A program made the translations under genes and the position numbers. The notes beneath the pieces are model-generated. The model was not told the DNA's origin. It saw nothing but the letters and a program-made list of their open reading frames with translations, and did not search any database. From Bryobacterales bacterium (GTDB lineage Bacteria > Acidobacteriota > Terriglobia > Bryobacterales > UBA6623): DNA of 64,000 bases. The stretch covers positions 1,952,001 to 2,016,000 of the forward strand of contig OY729428.2 in NCBI GenBank assembly GCA_963422375.2, read 5' to 3'. Each line of letters begins with the position of its first letter. Positions within the stretch are counted from its first letter, which is position 1. Below are positions 20,382-31,263 of the stretch, piece after piece.

Positions 20382-22998
20382 CTACCAGATCACCTTGAGC
20401 GCGAGCTGGAGGATCCGCTCCTTGTTCTGCGTGCCCGATACCGCGCCGAAGTTCGGATTCGAGAAGTTGTTTCCCGGCTGCGCGAAGACCGGCGAGTTGA
20501 ACGCGTTGAAAGCCTCTGCCCGGAAGTCGATGCGCATGCCCTCGCGCAAGGCGTTCAGCGGGAACTACCGGAACACCGAGATATCGAAGTTCGCCGTGCC
20601 GTCCCGGCGCAGGATGTTGCGGCCCGTGTTGCCGAACGTGAATGGCGCAGGCGTCTCGAAGGAGCTGGTGTCGAACCACCTTTCCGGTATGGGGTTGTTG
20701 AACACTCCGTTCCCGCTGACTAAATTCAGCCGCTCGTAGAAGCCGCTGCAGCAGTTGAAGTTGCCCGTGTTGGCGATATCGCCAGACACGCCGACAGTGT
20801 AGGGCGAGCCGGAGAAGAAGGACGCGATGCCGTTGAGCTGCCAGCTGCCGATGATATGGCGGAGCACGCTGCTCGCTGGATCCCATGTCTTGCCCGGCCC
20901 GAAGGGAAGCTCGTAGACCCAGTTGATCGTGACGATGTGCGGGACGTCGATCGCGGCGACGCTGCGGTCGCCCGATAGGTCGTACGGGTTGGGAGTGGAG
21001 CACCCCTCGACTCCGAACCAGCCGTCGCAGGCCGTCGATATGGTCTTCGACCACGTTTACGACACCAAGTAGGCCAAGCCGTTGGAGAACTTCCGGTCCA
21101 GCGAGAACTGGAACGCGTTGTAGTTCGAGTTGCCGATGCTCCGGTCGTAGAATGTCGGAATCGAGAAGGGCCATGGCTGGCGCTCGGTGATCGGTCCGGG
21201 CCCGGGAGTGACCGCCGTTTTGAAGTATTCGCCCACGCCCAGGCGCGTGCCGCTCGAGCCGACGTAGTTCGTCGCGATCACCGTGTCGTCCCGGAGCTGG
21301 TGCTGGAGACCGATATTCCACTGGGCCGAGTAGCCGTTCTGATAGTGCGGATCGATGAACCACTGCACCTGATTGAACGGCGTCGGCGACGGGAACCCGA
21401 CGCCTTCGATGGGGTCCTTCCCGGAGGTGGTTGGCATGGGCTGGTCAGCTGTGGGGGGGTTGTTTAGGTTGTTGGCCAAGATCTCGCCCACGCCCGGCCA
21501 CGTTGCCGAGTAGTTCTGCGCCAGCTGGACCACGGCCGACCAGCTGTCGAAGAACATCCCGAAGGAGCTGCGCAGCGCCGTCTTGTCGCCCAGGCGGTAC
21601 GCGAGGCCGAATCGCGGCTGCCAGTTGTCGGTGTAGTCGTGATAGATCTTGCCTCGCGGCTCCACCTTCACGTGCTCTGGAAGCGAACCGTCCGGCGTCG
21701 GAATGCACGGCGCCGCCCCGAGCTGGTCGCACGGTCCCGGGACCTTCTGGACGAGGTACGAGTTCTCGCGCTCGAAGTCAAACGATCCAGCGTAGATGTT
21801 CCCGCCGGGATCGTCTTCCCGGCCCAGCGGAGGCACGAAGGTGCGGTCGTAGCGCAGCCCGATGTTGATGGTGAGCTTCGGCGTGGCCTTCCAGCTGTCC
21901 TGCGCGTAGAATCCTGCCACGCCGCCCCAGCGGTGCGTGGTCGCCCGGTTGCGGAAGCCGGCTCCGTCCGGCACGTCAAGGAGGAATGACGCCAAGGCGT
22001 TTCCCGTTCCGGAAATCGGTGGATTGCCCGTCTGGAAGGCCCGGTAGGTCGCGCTCGCGTTCTGCGGCGCTTCGAGAAAGTTCGCCACGCTATTGAGCTC
22101 GGCCCCGAACTTGAACGTGTGGTTCCCGACGATCTTCGAGTAGCTACCCTTGTACTATCAGACCTGCGTCAGGTCGTTGGACGAAGCGGCCTCGTTGCCG
22201 CTGAACCAGCCGTCGACATTTAGACCGGGGACGAACACCGTTCCCAACCCGAGCGGGCGGAAGCTGTAGCAGAACCGGCTGGCGAAGCCGACCTGGCGGG
22301 CAAAGGCGGCGTTGTCGCTGACGTACCCCTCGCGGTACAGGGTTGAAGACGGGGAAGTGCCGTAGATGCGCCCGAATTGCAGTTGCATCACGCTCGACGG
22401 GCCGAAGGTATGCACCCAGCTCGCGCCGATGTTCCGCGAGAAGACTTCGGCGAGACGGGCCAGCGACGGCAGCAACGCGACCGAATCGGACTTGAGTCGA
22501 GCCTCGCTCCAGCGGAACCAAAACGTGTCCGTCTCGCTCATGTGATAGTCGCCGCGCAGGCTGAATTCATTCTGGTCGCGCTTCGTCGGGTCGGTGTTCA
22601 GGGCGTTGGTGCCGCCCGGTCCAGAGACGGACGGCTTGGGGAGCAGCGTCTGGGCGTAGGCGACATTGCCTTGGTCGATCCGTGCCAGGGGAATCCGCGC
22701 ATTCTGGAACGCGTCGCGCAGGAAGGTGTCCGGGCTGCTGGGATCGACGCGCGTGGACGCCGGATCGAAGATCTCGCTGGCGGTGTCGGTGAGGTCGCCG
22801 CCGAGATTGGCTGCGGTCGGCACCTTCAGATAGGACTCGCCGGAGCGCCGGTACTTGAATCCTTGGAACGACCCGAAGAAGAACACCTTGTTCCGCGCGA
22901 TCGGGCCGCCTCCGGCGACGCCGTACTGGTTCTGCGTGAAGGGCGTGACGTTGGGCTGGAAGAAGTTGCGGGCGTCGAGGTTGTCGTTGCGCAAATAC
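20382..22998 (-). pseudogene. TonB-dependent receptor pseudogene, N-terminus lost, four in-frame stops
   Basis: LRNDNLDARNFF, YAQDSWKATPKLTINIGLRYD, RILQLALKVIW*; stops at 22158-22160, 22155-22157, 21057-21059, 20565-20567, all in one frame. Confidence 0.88.
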
Positions 22999-22999
22999 A

Positions 23000-23860
23000 A
23001 GACCGGCCCAGCCCGTTGGCATGCACCGCGTGCCTTGAATGCCTGGCGATGCCCCACATCCCGCGCTCGCAGTGCTTCTGGTCCGATGACAGGAAACCAC
23101 GACGGCTCGACATTGTGCCCCGGGGCGTCCCGCCAAGCCCTCTCCTGCTGCATTCGGGGCGAAGTAACAAGGGTCGTCGCGGCGAAAACGGGTTCCGTCC
23201 GGATGGTAGTTCCAGAAGATGTACTCGGCGCAGTCCGACACGATTCCCGGGATCCACTGGTCGAAGAGGCGCTTGCACTCGTCATCCAGCTGGGCGCGCA
23301 CCGGCTTCAGGTAGTTGCGCAGCAACCCGTCGATCTGAGGCAGAGTGGGGATCCAGCCGTTGATCGTATCCAAGGACATGATCTCGGGATGCCCGTAGCC
23401 TTGGATTTCCGACGCGCAGGGATCGGCGACCGCCCGGAAGTGGTTGGTCCCGTAGACGGGACCCTTGTAGGGCCCGATACTCTTGGACTCGATGATCCGT
23501 CTCCAGAGCGCCCAGCGAACCGAGGTTGGGCGTCGTGCCGGTCTCTTGGCCCTCCCCGGCCAGCGGGGCCCAGTACGGCTCCTTGTAGCCGAAGGACGCG
23601 TCTAGGAAGTGCGAGTCGCCTCAAACCCCGTCGGCGAGCTTCAGGTCGAATGCGCGCCGGCGGAAGATGTAGCGCCTTGGGCTGCTCTCGGGGATGAGCA
23701 GCGGCGTGTCGACTGTCGGCCGATGCGGCTGCGTGCGCTCCTTGGGCTCGCCTTCGTCGGACGCCAATCCCCGTCGGAGATCCCGCGCATGGCTTGAAGC
23801 TCTCGCCTCGTCCCGCCGAGGCCTTGGAACTCATTCGCGCGGATGATCCAGTCGTCGAAC
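23000..23860 (-). pseudogene. Frameshifted remnant of an unidentified gene
   Basis: Coding-like segments in shifting frames (FLDASFGYKEPYWAPL; GYGHPEIMSLDTINGWIPTLPQIDGLLRNYLKPV...EYIFWNYHPDG); family not recognised. Confidence 0.4.
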
Positions 23861-24508
23861 GCTAGGTCGGACGCCTTACGCTAGCGACCTGCATCAGCCT
23901 TGTTTGCAAGTTGCATCGTTCGTCTCGCCGCAACCGATCCCGGAAGGAGACGCTCCCCGCGAGCGACAGGCCTAGCTGTCCAAGGTCAGGCCTATACCGG
24001 GACTAGGCTCTCGGGGAATCAGGTTTCCTCATTCTCAGCAATGCCCCCGCGGTCTTCCGGGCTGCCTCGGCCCCCAGATGAGGAGTGCCGGTCCCTCTGG
24101 AAGTCCGCTAGGACTCGGCTGACCGCCCGCCGGTCCCCGGCGCCGAATCGCTGCTAGATGTTCCCGCGATGCTGCACGACGTCCCAATGCCCGTCGGATC
24201 CTGCGGGCCGGTCCTCAGTGCGGCACTCTGAGTCTTGCCCAGCGAGTGGGGGGCCAAGCTGCGAGATCCCCGGCGAATGAGGTTGTCCCGAGGAATGAGC
24301 CGATGGAAGCGCGCCGTCGGAGGCTGAGTCCCGCTGCAGGCGGTGCATCAGGCCGCGGGAGCGGCTGGGATGGGTGCCGAAACCCTAATCGGGGTGCTCG
24401 CGTCTCCACTGGCAGGGAGTCCGCGTTGGAACCTCCTCGGGCAACCCTGATTGCATAGGCGTGTCCGACTCGTCGCCGCCGAAGTCCGACCGGGCTACGA
24501 TTGCAGAG

Positions 24509-26881
24509 ATGCGTTGCGGTCTTGTGGCGGTCGCGGTCGCCCAGTGCGCGGCTCTGTGGCCGCAGCTCGGGGCTGCCCCGGGCCTGCTTTCCGTCGGCGG
24601 CGGCCGAGCGGTCGTTCGACCGAGCCCGCGGGTGGCTCTCGAGGCAGGCGAGGGGTTCACACCGGTTTCGGGCGCAGCCGGGATGGAATGGTCCGGCCGG
24701 CTGACCATCAGCAGGGCAGGGGAGTACCGATTCTTCGTGCCGTCCGGTTCGCTGCGTATAGCTGGTTCCGAGATAGGCCCCGGTCCGGTGAGCCTGCCGG
24801 CCGGGAAGCACAAGTTCGAGTTCCGGCACGAACGCGAGCCCGGCCCCAGGCGCGTCGCCGTTGACTGGGAGGGGCCCGGTTTCCGGCGCGAGCCGGTTCC
24901 CGCCCGCCTCTTCTCCCACGGCGAGGGAGGCCCGGATGCTCTTGACGGACGCCAGCTCTTCGAGGACTTGGGCTGCTCCAACTGCCACCTTTCGGACTCG
25001 CAGTCGGTCGCGAAGCGACCGGGTCCGGTGCTGACAGGCCTCGGATCTCGCGTCAATGCATCTTGGATCCGCCACTGGCTCGACGCTCCCCAGGCCTTCC
25101 GCAGCTGGGCGACCATGCCGACCATGCTGTCCGCATCGGAGCGAGCGGACGTAGCGGCATTCCTTTCCGCGCAGGCCGGCCCGGCCGTGGAGGAGCCTCG
25201 CGCCACCGAGACCCACCTTAGGAGCGGCCGGACGACGTTCCAGTCATTCGGATGCGCGGCATGCCACGGGGACGATCTGCCGCTGGACGGCTTGGGCTCG
25301 AAGGCAACAGTCGGGAGCATCCGGCAGTACCTTCTCGACCCGCTGCGCTACTCGCCCGACGGTCGAATGCCATCGTTTCACTTGGACGGGCAGGAGGCGC
25401 TCGAGCTGGCGGCGTTCCTGGCGGCGTCGCGGAACGAGGCTTTCGATGATGCGGTGTCCGGTGGTGATGCGGCCGCGGGCCGGGGGCTGGTCGCGAATTC
25501 CGGATGTCTGGCATGCCATGCGCTTGACGGACTCCGGTCCCGGAGCAGCGCGCCTCCGCTCGCGTCGCTGGACGAGACGGCGGGCTGCTTGGCCGACAAC
25601 CTTGCTTCGAGCTTGCCGCGCTACCGCTTGGACGCTCCCCAGCGCGACGCGCTGCGCGAATTCGTTTCCGGCTACCGCGCCCGCCCGGACGAGGTGCCCG
25701 CTCCGACTTTCGACCTCCCGCGACGCCTGAGACAGCTGCGCTGCCGCGCCTGCCATGAAATCGACGGCAGGCCTCCGGCCGGGTCCGTGCCCGAAGCGGC
25801 TCCTCCCCTGACGGGCGCGGGCGACAAGCTCCGCGCGGAATGGATCGAACGGGCCGTCGAAGGGAAAACGCGAACACTTGACTGGCTGGAACTGCGGATG
25901 CCCGGCTTCGGGCCGTCCCATGCCGCCTGGCTGGCGGACGCGCTGGCCAAGGCCAGCGGCGTCATTCCCGGTGATGCTGGCGGGTATGTGCCCGACGGCG
26001 CCGCCGCGACCGGCCGCCACCTGCTCGGCGTGGACGCATCTACGGGTGGAATGGGCTGTATAGGGTGCCATGGCTGGGGCGAGTACCCCCCGCTTGGCGA
26101 GAACGGCCCCAATCTCCTCACGGCTGGCCGCAGGCTCCGGTCCGGCTGGTTCCGGCGCTGGATGATCGATCCGTCCCGGATTCTCGCCGGCACGTCCATG
26201 CCTAACATGTTCGGAGGGATTGAGAGCCCGGCGACGCTGCGAGCGATCAGCGACCTCTGGGCGGCATTCCGTGCCGCTCCCGACCTGGCGCTGCCGTTCG
26301 GCTTCGAGGCGGACGCTGCGGCCGACGAGGAGTCGCTGCCGGTACCGACCGACCGCCCCATCGTCGTGCGCTGGGATATGCCCGAGGCGACCCCCGCGGC
26401 GATCGCGGTGGGTTTTCCGGGCGGTTTCTCGTATTGCTTTGACGCGGGGGAATCGAAACTGATCTATGCGTGGCGCGGAGGATTCGTCGACATGGCGCCG
26501 GTCCTGCTCGCGAAGAAGAACAGGCAGACCAACCTGACCGAGACAGCGGCGATCGTAGGCGATATCTTCTTTCGCGAGGGCCGGTTTCCGATTCGTGTCG
26601 GCGAGCGCATGCGCATTCCGCAGCGGCGGTTCCGGGGGTACCGGTTGATCGACTCGGTTCCGGAATTCCGCTACGAGCTGGATGGAGTGGACGTCTACGA
26701 GCGCATCGTCCCGACCGAGGGTGGCTTCTCGCGCGAGTTCCGGCTCGAAGGGGTCGACAAGCCGATGCGATTCGTGCCCGCGGAGACCGACGGCGTGGAG
26801 ATTCGCTCCTCGCTTGACGGGAATCTCATTCCGCCGGGCGAGCGAGTCCTGTTCGAGGTCGCCGTTGTCGCGGCGCACTAG
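24509..26881 (+). CDS. Multiheme c-type cytochrome with N-terminal PA14-like domain
   Basis: Five CxxCH motifs (CSNCH, CAACH, CLACH, CRACH, CIGCH), repeated distal MP motifs, PA14-like WSGRLTISRAGEYRF...GKHKFEF; signal peptide. Confidence 0.88.
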   Translation: MRCGLVAVAVAQCAALWPQLGAAPGLLSVGGGRAVVRPSPRVALEAGEGFTPVSGAAGMEWSGRLTISRAGEYRFFVPSGSLRIAGSEIGPGPVSLPAGKHKFEFRHEREPGPRRVAVDWEGPGFRREPVPARLFSHGEGGPDALDGRQLFEDLGCSNCHLSDSQSVAKRPGPVLTGLGSRVNASWIRHWLDAPQAFRSWATMPTMLSASERADVAAFLSAQAGPAVEEPRATETHLRSGRTTFQSFGCAACHGDDLPLDGLGSKATVGSIRQYLLDPLRYSPDGRMPSFHLDGQEALELAAFLAASRNEAFDDAVSGGDAAAGRGLVANSGCLACHALDGLRSRSSAPPLASLDETAGCLADNLASSLPRYRLDAPQRDALREFVSGYRARPDEVPAPTFDLPRRLRQLRCRACHEIDGRPPAGSVPEAAPPLTGAGDKLRAEWIERAVEGKTRTLDWLELRMPGFGPSHAAWLADALAKASGVIPGDAGGYVPDGAAATGRHLLGVDASTGGMGCIGCHGWGEYPPLGENGPNLLTAGRRLRSGWFRRWMIDPSRILAGTSMPNMFGGIESPATLRAISDLWAAFRAAPDLALPFGFEADAAADEESLPVPTDRPIVVRWDMPEATPAAIAVGFPGGFSYCFDAGESKLIYAWRGGFVDMAPVLLAKKNRQTNLTETAAIVGDIFFREGRFPIRVGERMRIPQRRFRGYRLIDSVPEFRYELDGVDVYERIVPTEGGFSREFRLEGVDKPMRFVPAETDGVEIRSSLDGNLIPPGERVLFEVAVVAAH

Positions 26882-28391
26882 AAGCCGGCTCCGGCGCGGA
26901 TGCGCTGTCGCGGTCGTCTCTGCGTGGGCTGTCGCGGCCGTCGCGCAGGTCCCGGGCAGCTCGTACAGGGTCGAGACGGTGCCGGGGCCGCGGAACGTCG
27001 AGCCCGAGATCAGCGCGGTCGCATTCGGGCACGACGGCAGGCTGTACGCGGCGTTTCGCCGCGGCTACATCTATTCGTTCGACCCCGGCTCGAATCGCTG
27101 GAGGCGCTTCGCCGAGGGCCTGCACACCCCGCTCGGCATCGTGCGCGGGAAGCGCGCCGGCGAGTTCCTCGTGGCGCAGGTGCCCGAGCTCACCCGCGTC
27201 GCCGACACGGATGGCGACGGCGAGGCCGATCTCTTCGAGGCCGTTGCAGACGGCTGGGGGCTGTCCGGGAACTATCACGAGTTCATCGCCGGCCCGGTGC
27301 TCGACGCCGCGGGCAACCTTTACGTGTCGCTCGGCTTGGCGTCAGGGAACGCCGACCCGCGGCCGCCGGCGCGGGGCGAGCTCGCCAAGGGCCCGCGCAC
27401 GGCGGCGCAGCCGGTCGAGGGCAAGGTCAACCGAGTCGGGCACTACTCCCCGGTGCCGTATCGCGGCTGTGCGCTGCAGATCCGGCCGGACGGCAGCGTC
27501 CGGCCCTTCTCGTGCGGATTCCGCCAGCCGAACGGCCTTGTCGCGAGTCCCGAGGGCGAGATTTTCGCCACGGACAACCAAGGTGACTGGGTCGGCACCT
27601 CGCCCCTGCACCACGTCACCGAGGGTGCCTTCCACGGCCATCCGGCGTCTCTCCGCTGGCATCCCGAGTTCCTCGAATCGAATCCCGTCGAGGCCGACGT
27701 GGCGGACCTGGACCGTCGGCGCAAGCGCCCGGCGATCCTCTTCCCGCAGGGCGAGATGGGCGGCTCCACGGCCGGGCTGGCCTTCGATCTCACCGAGGGG
27801 GCCTTCGGGCCCTTCGGCGGGCAGCTGTTCGTGGCCGAGTGGACCTATCCGCGAGTGCTGCGGGTCGACCTCCAGAGGGTCCGGGGACAGTACCAAGGGG
27901 CCGCGTTCCCCTTCGTCGACGGCGGCGGCCTGCGCATGGCGAACAATCGCCTCGCCTTCGCGCCCGACGGGCGCAGCCTCTACGTCGCCCAGACCTCGCG
28001 GATCTGGGGCTCGACCGAGGGCCTCCAGCGAATCGCATGGCAGGGCCGGGAGCCCTTCGATATCCTCTCGATGCGCCTCACGCGGGCGGGCTTCCGCCTG
28101 CGCTTCACCAAGCCGGCCGATCCGGAGACCGCGGCGGACCCTGCCCGCTACTCGATGACGCGCTACTACTACCGCTACCACGCTGCCTACGGCTCGCCGA
28201 AGACCGAGGTCACGCCGGTCGCCGTGAAGTCTGTCGCGCTCGCCGACGACGGCCTGGCGGTGTGGCTGGAGGTCGAGGACCTCCGCGAGGGCTGGCTCTA
28301 CGACTTGCGCCCGGTCTCGATTCGCAGCCGGGAGGGCGAGCCGCTTGCCGCGAGCATGGCGGCGTACACGTTGAACCGCCTCGTCGAGTAG
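26865..28391 (+). CDS. Exported beta-propeller protein (sorbosone-dehydrogenase-like / DUF7133-like)
   Basis: FAEGLHTPLGI, ELTRVADTDGDGEAD, GNYHEF, GFRQPNG, TDNQGDWV, FGPFGGQLFVAE; TTG26865 gives an RR-containing signal; start uncertain. Confidence 0.8.
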   Translation: MSRRTRSRLRRGCAVAVVSAWAVAAVAQVPGSSYRVETVPGPRNVEPEISAVAFGHDGRLYAAFRRGYIYSFDPGSNRWRRFAEGLHTPLGIVRGKRAGEFLVAQVPELTRVADTDGDGEADLFEAVADGWGLSGNYHEFIAGPVLDAAGNLYVSLGLASGNADPRPPARGELAKGPRTAAQPVEGKVNRVGHYSPVPYRGCALQIRPDGSVRPFSCGFRQPNGLVASPEGEIFATDNQGDWVGTSPLHHVTEGAFHGHPASLRWHPEFLESNPVEADVADLDRRRKRPAILFPQGEMGGSTAGLAFDLTEGAFGPFGGQLFVAEWTYPRVLRVDLQRVRGQYQGAAFPFVDGGGLRMANNRLAFAPDGRSLYVAQTSRIWGSTEGLQRIAWQGREPFDILSMRLTRAGFRLRFTKPADPETAADPARYSMTRYYYRYHAAYGSPKTEVTPVAVKSVALADDGLAVWLEVEDLREGWLYDLRPVSIRSREGEPLAASMAAYTLNRLVE

Positions 28392-28402
28392 GCGCCCGCG
28401 AG

Positions 28403-29038
28403 CTAGCGGGGCGAGAGCCGCAGGACGCGGATGCGACGGTACGCGACGCGCATGGGCTCGCCGCGATGAAGCTGCATCGCGAATACGCCGCGGAGCGCGC
28501 CCGGTTCCAGCACGTCGTTGGCGAGGCTGCCGTTGACCCAGATACGGATGCGGTGCCCCTCGCAGCGGATCGCGACGCGATTCCAACCATCCTTCACCGT
28601 GAATTCGGCCTTGTCCTGCCAGCCGTCCAGGATCAGGCCGCCGGGGATCCCTTCCCCGTGCAGGTTGCCCCAGCCCTTGCCGGCGGCGAGGTCGGCTTGG
28701 TAGCCCCGTACCGTCCAGCCGTTCGTGCGCTCGCTCCGGAACTGCATGCCGCTGTTGCCGTTGCGCAGCTTGACCTCAAAGCGCAGCTCGAAGTCGTCGA
28801 ACGCCTCCTTGGAGATCAGGAAGGAATTCCGAGCGAGGGGGCGGCCGTCGGTCGAGCCGACGACCGCGCCGTCCGCGACGCTCCACAGCGTGGGGTCGCC
28901 GTCCCATCGTTCCAAGTCCTTCCCGTTGAAAAGGGGCTCGAAGCCTAGGGCGGCTTCGCCGCGGTCCAGAACGCGCCCGGCCGGTGGACCGGGTGCCGCG
29001 GCCGCGAGAGACGCTAGGAGCAGCGGTAGGACGAGCAC
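28403..29038 (-). CDS. DUF1080 domain protein (3-keto-disaccharide hydrolase family)
   Basis: LFNGKDLERWDGD...WSVADG, NSGMQFRS, GYQADL, WN...I.C.G..I...VNG, MQLH. Confidence 0.9.
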   Translation of the reverse strand: MLVLPLLLASLAAAAPGPPAGRVLDRGEAALGFEPLFNGKDLERWDGDPTLWSVADGAVVGSTDGRPLARNSFLISKEAFDDFELRFEVKLRNGNSGMQFRSERTNGWTVRGYQADLAAGKGWGNLHGEGIPGGLILDGWQDKAEFTVKDGWNRVAIRCEGHRIRIWVNGSLANDVLEPGALRGVFAMQLHRGEPMRVAYRRIRVLRLSPR

Positions 29039-29069
29039 GTCGTCGACACCCCGCCTGAGGGAGATCGGC

Positions 29070-30143
29070 TCACGCGGCCTGCGCTGCCAGCGCCTCTGCC
29101 TGGCTGGCGGCCGTGAGGGGCTCGATCATGACGTCGAGACCGCCGTTCAGCACGTCGCTCAGCTGGTGGACTTTCAGTCCGATGCGGTGGTCGGTGATCC
29201 GCATCTCGGGAAAGTTGTAGGTGCGGATCTTCTCGGAGCGATCGCCCGTGCGCACCATGGCGCGCCGCTGCTCGGCCTGCTGCGAGTGCTGCCTCTGGCG
29301 TTCGATCTCGTAGAGTCGCGACCGCAGCACTTGCAGGGCCTTCTTCCGGTTCTTGATCTGGGACTTCTCGTCTTGGCAGGTCACGACCAGCCCGGTCGGC
29401 ACGTGAGTGATCCGGACGGCGGAATAGGTCGTGTTGACGGACTGCCCGCCGGGCCCGGACGAGCAGTAGGTGTCGACGCGCAGGTCATGCTCGTCGACCC
29501 GCACGTCCACCTCGTCCGCTTGGGGCAGGACCGCCACGGTCACCGCCGAGGTATGCACCCGTCCTTGGGACTCCGTTTTCGGCACGCGCTGGACCCTGTG
29601 GACGCCGCTTTCGAACTTCAGCCTGGAGTAGACCCGCCGCCCGGTGACGATGGCGATCAGCTCCTTGATGCCGCCCATTTCGGAATCGCTGCGGTCGGTC
29701 ACCTCGATCTCCCACGACTGGACTTCGGCGTACTTGCAGTACATGCGGAACACCTCGGCAGCGAACAAGGTCGCCTCGTCTCCGCCGGTACCGGCGCGGA
29801 TCTCGAGCACGGCGCCCTTCTCGTCCGCCGGATCCACGGGCAGCAGCAGGGCGCGGATTTCCTCGGCGAGGCGTGCTCGCTGGTCCTGCAGCGACGCGAT
29901 CTCCTCGCGGGCCATCTCCGCGAGATCGGGGTCGCTGTCCTCGAGCATGGGGCGGGTGGCGTCGACCTGCCTGCCGGCTTCCTTCCACGAGCGGTACTTG
30001 TCGACGACCCGGGAAAGCTCGGCGTGCTGCCGGGCGAGCCGCTGGTAGGCCGCATGGTCGCTCAGAACGGCCGGGTCCGCGAGGCGCTCTGACAGGCCGT
30101 CGAAGCGGTTCTCGACTTCCTCGATCTTGCGGATCCATTCCAT
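29070..30143 (-). CDS. prfA: Peptide chain release factor 1
   Basis: GGQ (SSGPGGQSVNTT), PxT (VPKTE), EIRAGTGGDEA, RSEKIRTYNFP. Confidence 0.97.
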   Translation of the reverse strand: MEWIRKIEEVENRFDGLSERLADPAVLSDHAAYQRLARQHAELSRVVDKYRSWKEAGRQVDATRPMLEDSDPDLAEMAREEIASLQDQRARLAEEIRALLLPVDPADEKGAVLEIRAGTGGDEATLFAAEVFRMYCKYAEVQSWEIEVTDRSDSEMGGIKELIAIVTGRRVYSRLKFESGVHRVQRVPKTESQGRVHTSAVTVAVLPQADEVDVRVDEHDLRVDTYCSSGPGGQSVNTTYSAVRITHVPTGLVVTCQDEKSQIKNRKKALQVLRSRLYEIERQRQHSQQAEQRRAMVRTGDRSEKIRTYNFPEMRITDHRIGLKVHQLSDVLNGGLDVMIEPLTAASQAEALAAQAA

Positions 30144-30206
30144 GACAGCCTCCGTGCCGCGCGGGCCGCCTCGAGCGCTCTCCGCCTCGACCCGGGCCCC
30201 GCGCCG

Positions 30207-31193
30207 CTAGGCGACAACCGGCCGGCCGCCGGACCGGCGCTCGAAGTCCAGCGCGGCGGTGAGCGCGTGGATCGACACCTCGACTTGGTCGTCGTCGGGC
30301 GGCTTTGTCGTGATCCGCTGCAGCCATAGGCCCGGCCGCACGATGAGAGCGAATGCGCTGTGGGTCTTCCTGGCAGCGAAGCGGATGATCTCGTAGCTCA
30401 CGCCCGCGATCAGCGGCAGGAGGGCGATTCGCGCAAGGAACGAGCTGGCGAATCCTTCGAACGGCAGCAGGGCGTAGGCCGCGATTGCGACCACCATGAC
30501 CACCATCAGGAAGCTTGTGCCGCAGCGCGGGTGCCAGGTTTCGAACGACTGGGCGTTGGCGACGCTCAGGTCCCGGCCGGACTCGTAGTTGAAGACGACC
30601 TTGTGCTCGGCACCGTGGTATTCGAACACGCGACGGATGTCTTTCAGCTTGGAGAGGGCGAACAGGAACGTCAGGAAGATCGCCAGCCGAATAGAGCCCT
30701 CGACGACGCTGAAGCCGAGGCTGTTGTCGAGGACCGGCTGCCATTCCTGCAGCTGCCGGGTGGCCGCGAGCGGCAGGAACTTGTACATGACGATGAAGAA
30801 GCCGATCGAGAAGGCGATGTTGAGCCACATCACCCAGGCCGGGAGCTCGGACTTCTGCTGCGGGTCGGACTTGCCCTCGGCTTCCATGGCCTTCTCGGTC
30901 GAAAAGTTCAGCGCCTTCATGCCGAGCGCCATCGACTGGCCGAGCACGCCGCAGCCCCGGACGACGGGCAGCCTCCAGAACCTGCTTCTCTCGGACAGCT
31001 TGGGCGCGCTCTTCTCCTCGGCAACTATCTGCCCGTCAGGGAGCCGCACGGCGACGCAGTAGGACCGCGGCGTCCGCATCATCACGCCCTCCATCACGGC
31101 CTGCCCGCCGATCAGGGGGTTGTCGCCGCTCTCGAGGGCCGGCAGGAGCTGGCTGCGAGCCCACAGCCGGGCGAAATGGCGAAGTCGGCGCAT
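30207..31193 (-). CDS. DUF1385 domain membrane protein
   Basis: IGGQAVMEGVMMR, VFEYHGAEHK, HPRCGTSF, PGLWLQRITTKPP; usual neighbour of prfA. Confidence 0.9.
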   Translation of the reverse strand: MRRLRHFARLWARSQLLPALESGDNPLIGGQAVMEGVMMRTPRSYCVAVRLPDGQIVAEEKSAPKLSERSRFWRLPVVRGCGVLGQSMALGMKALNFSTEKAMEAEGKSDPQQKSELPAWVMWLNIAFSIGFFIVMYKFLPLAATRQLQEWQPVLDNSLGFSVVEGSIRLAIFLTFLFALSKLKDIRRVFEYHGAEHKVVFNYESGRDLSVANAQSFETWHPRCGTSFLMVVMVVAIAAYALLPFEGFASSFLARIALLPLIAGVSYEIIRFAARKTHSAFALIVRPGLWLQRITTKPPDDDQVEVSIHALTAALDFERRSGGRPVVA

Positions 31194-31263
31194 GTCGGTC
31201 CTACTCGAGGCCCGGTCGCTGCCGGGTTCCTCGGCGTCTATCCGCTTAGGATACACTGGGGCC

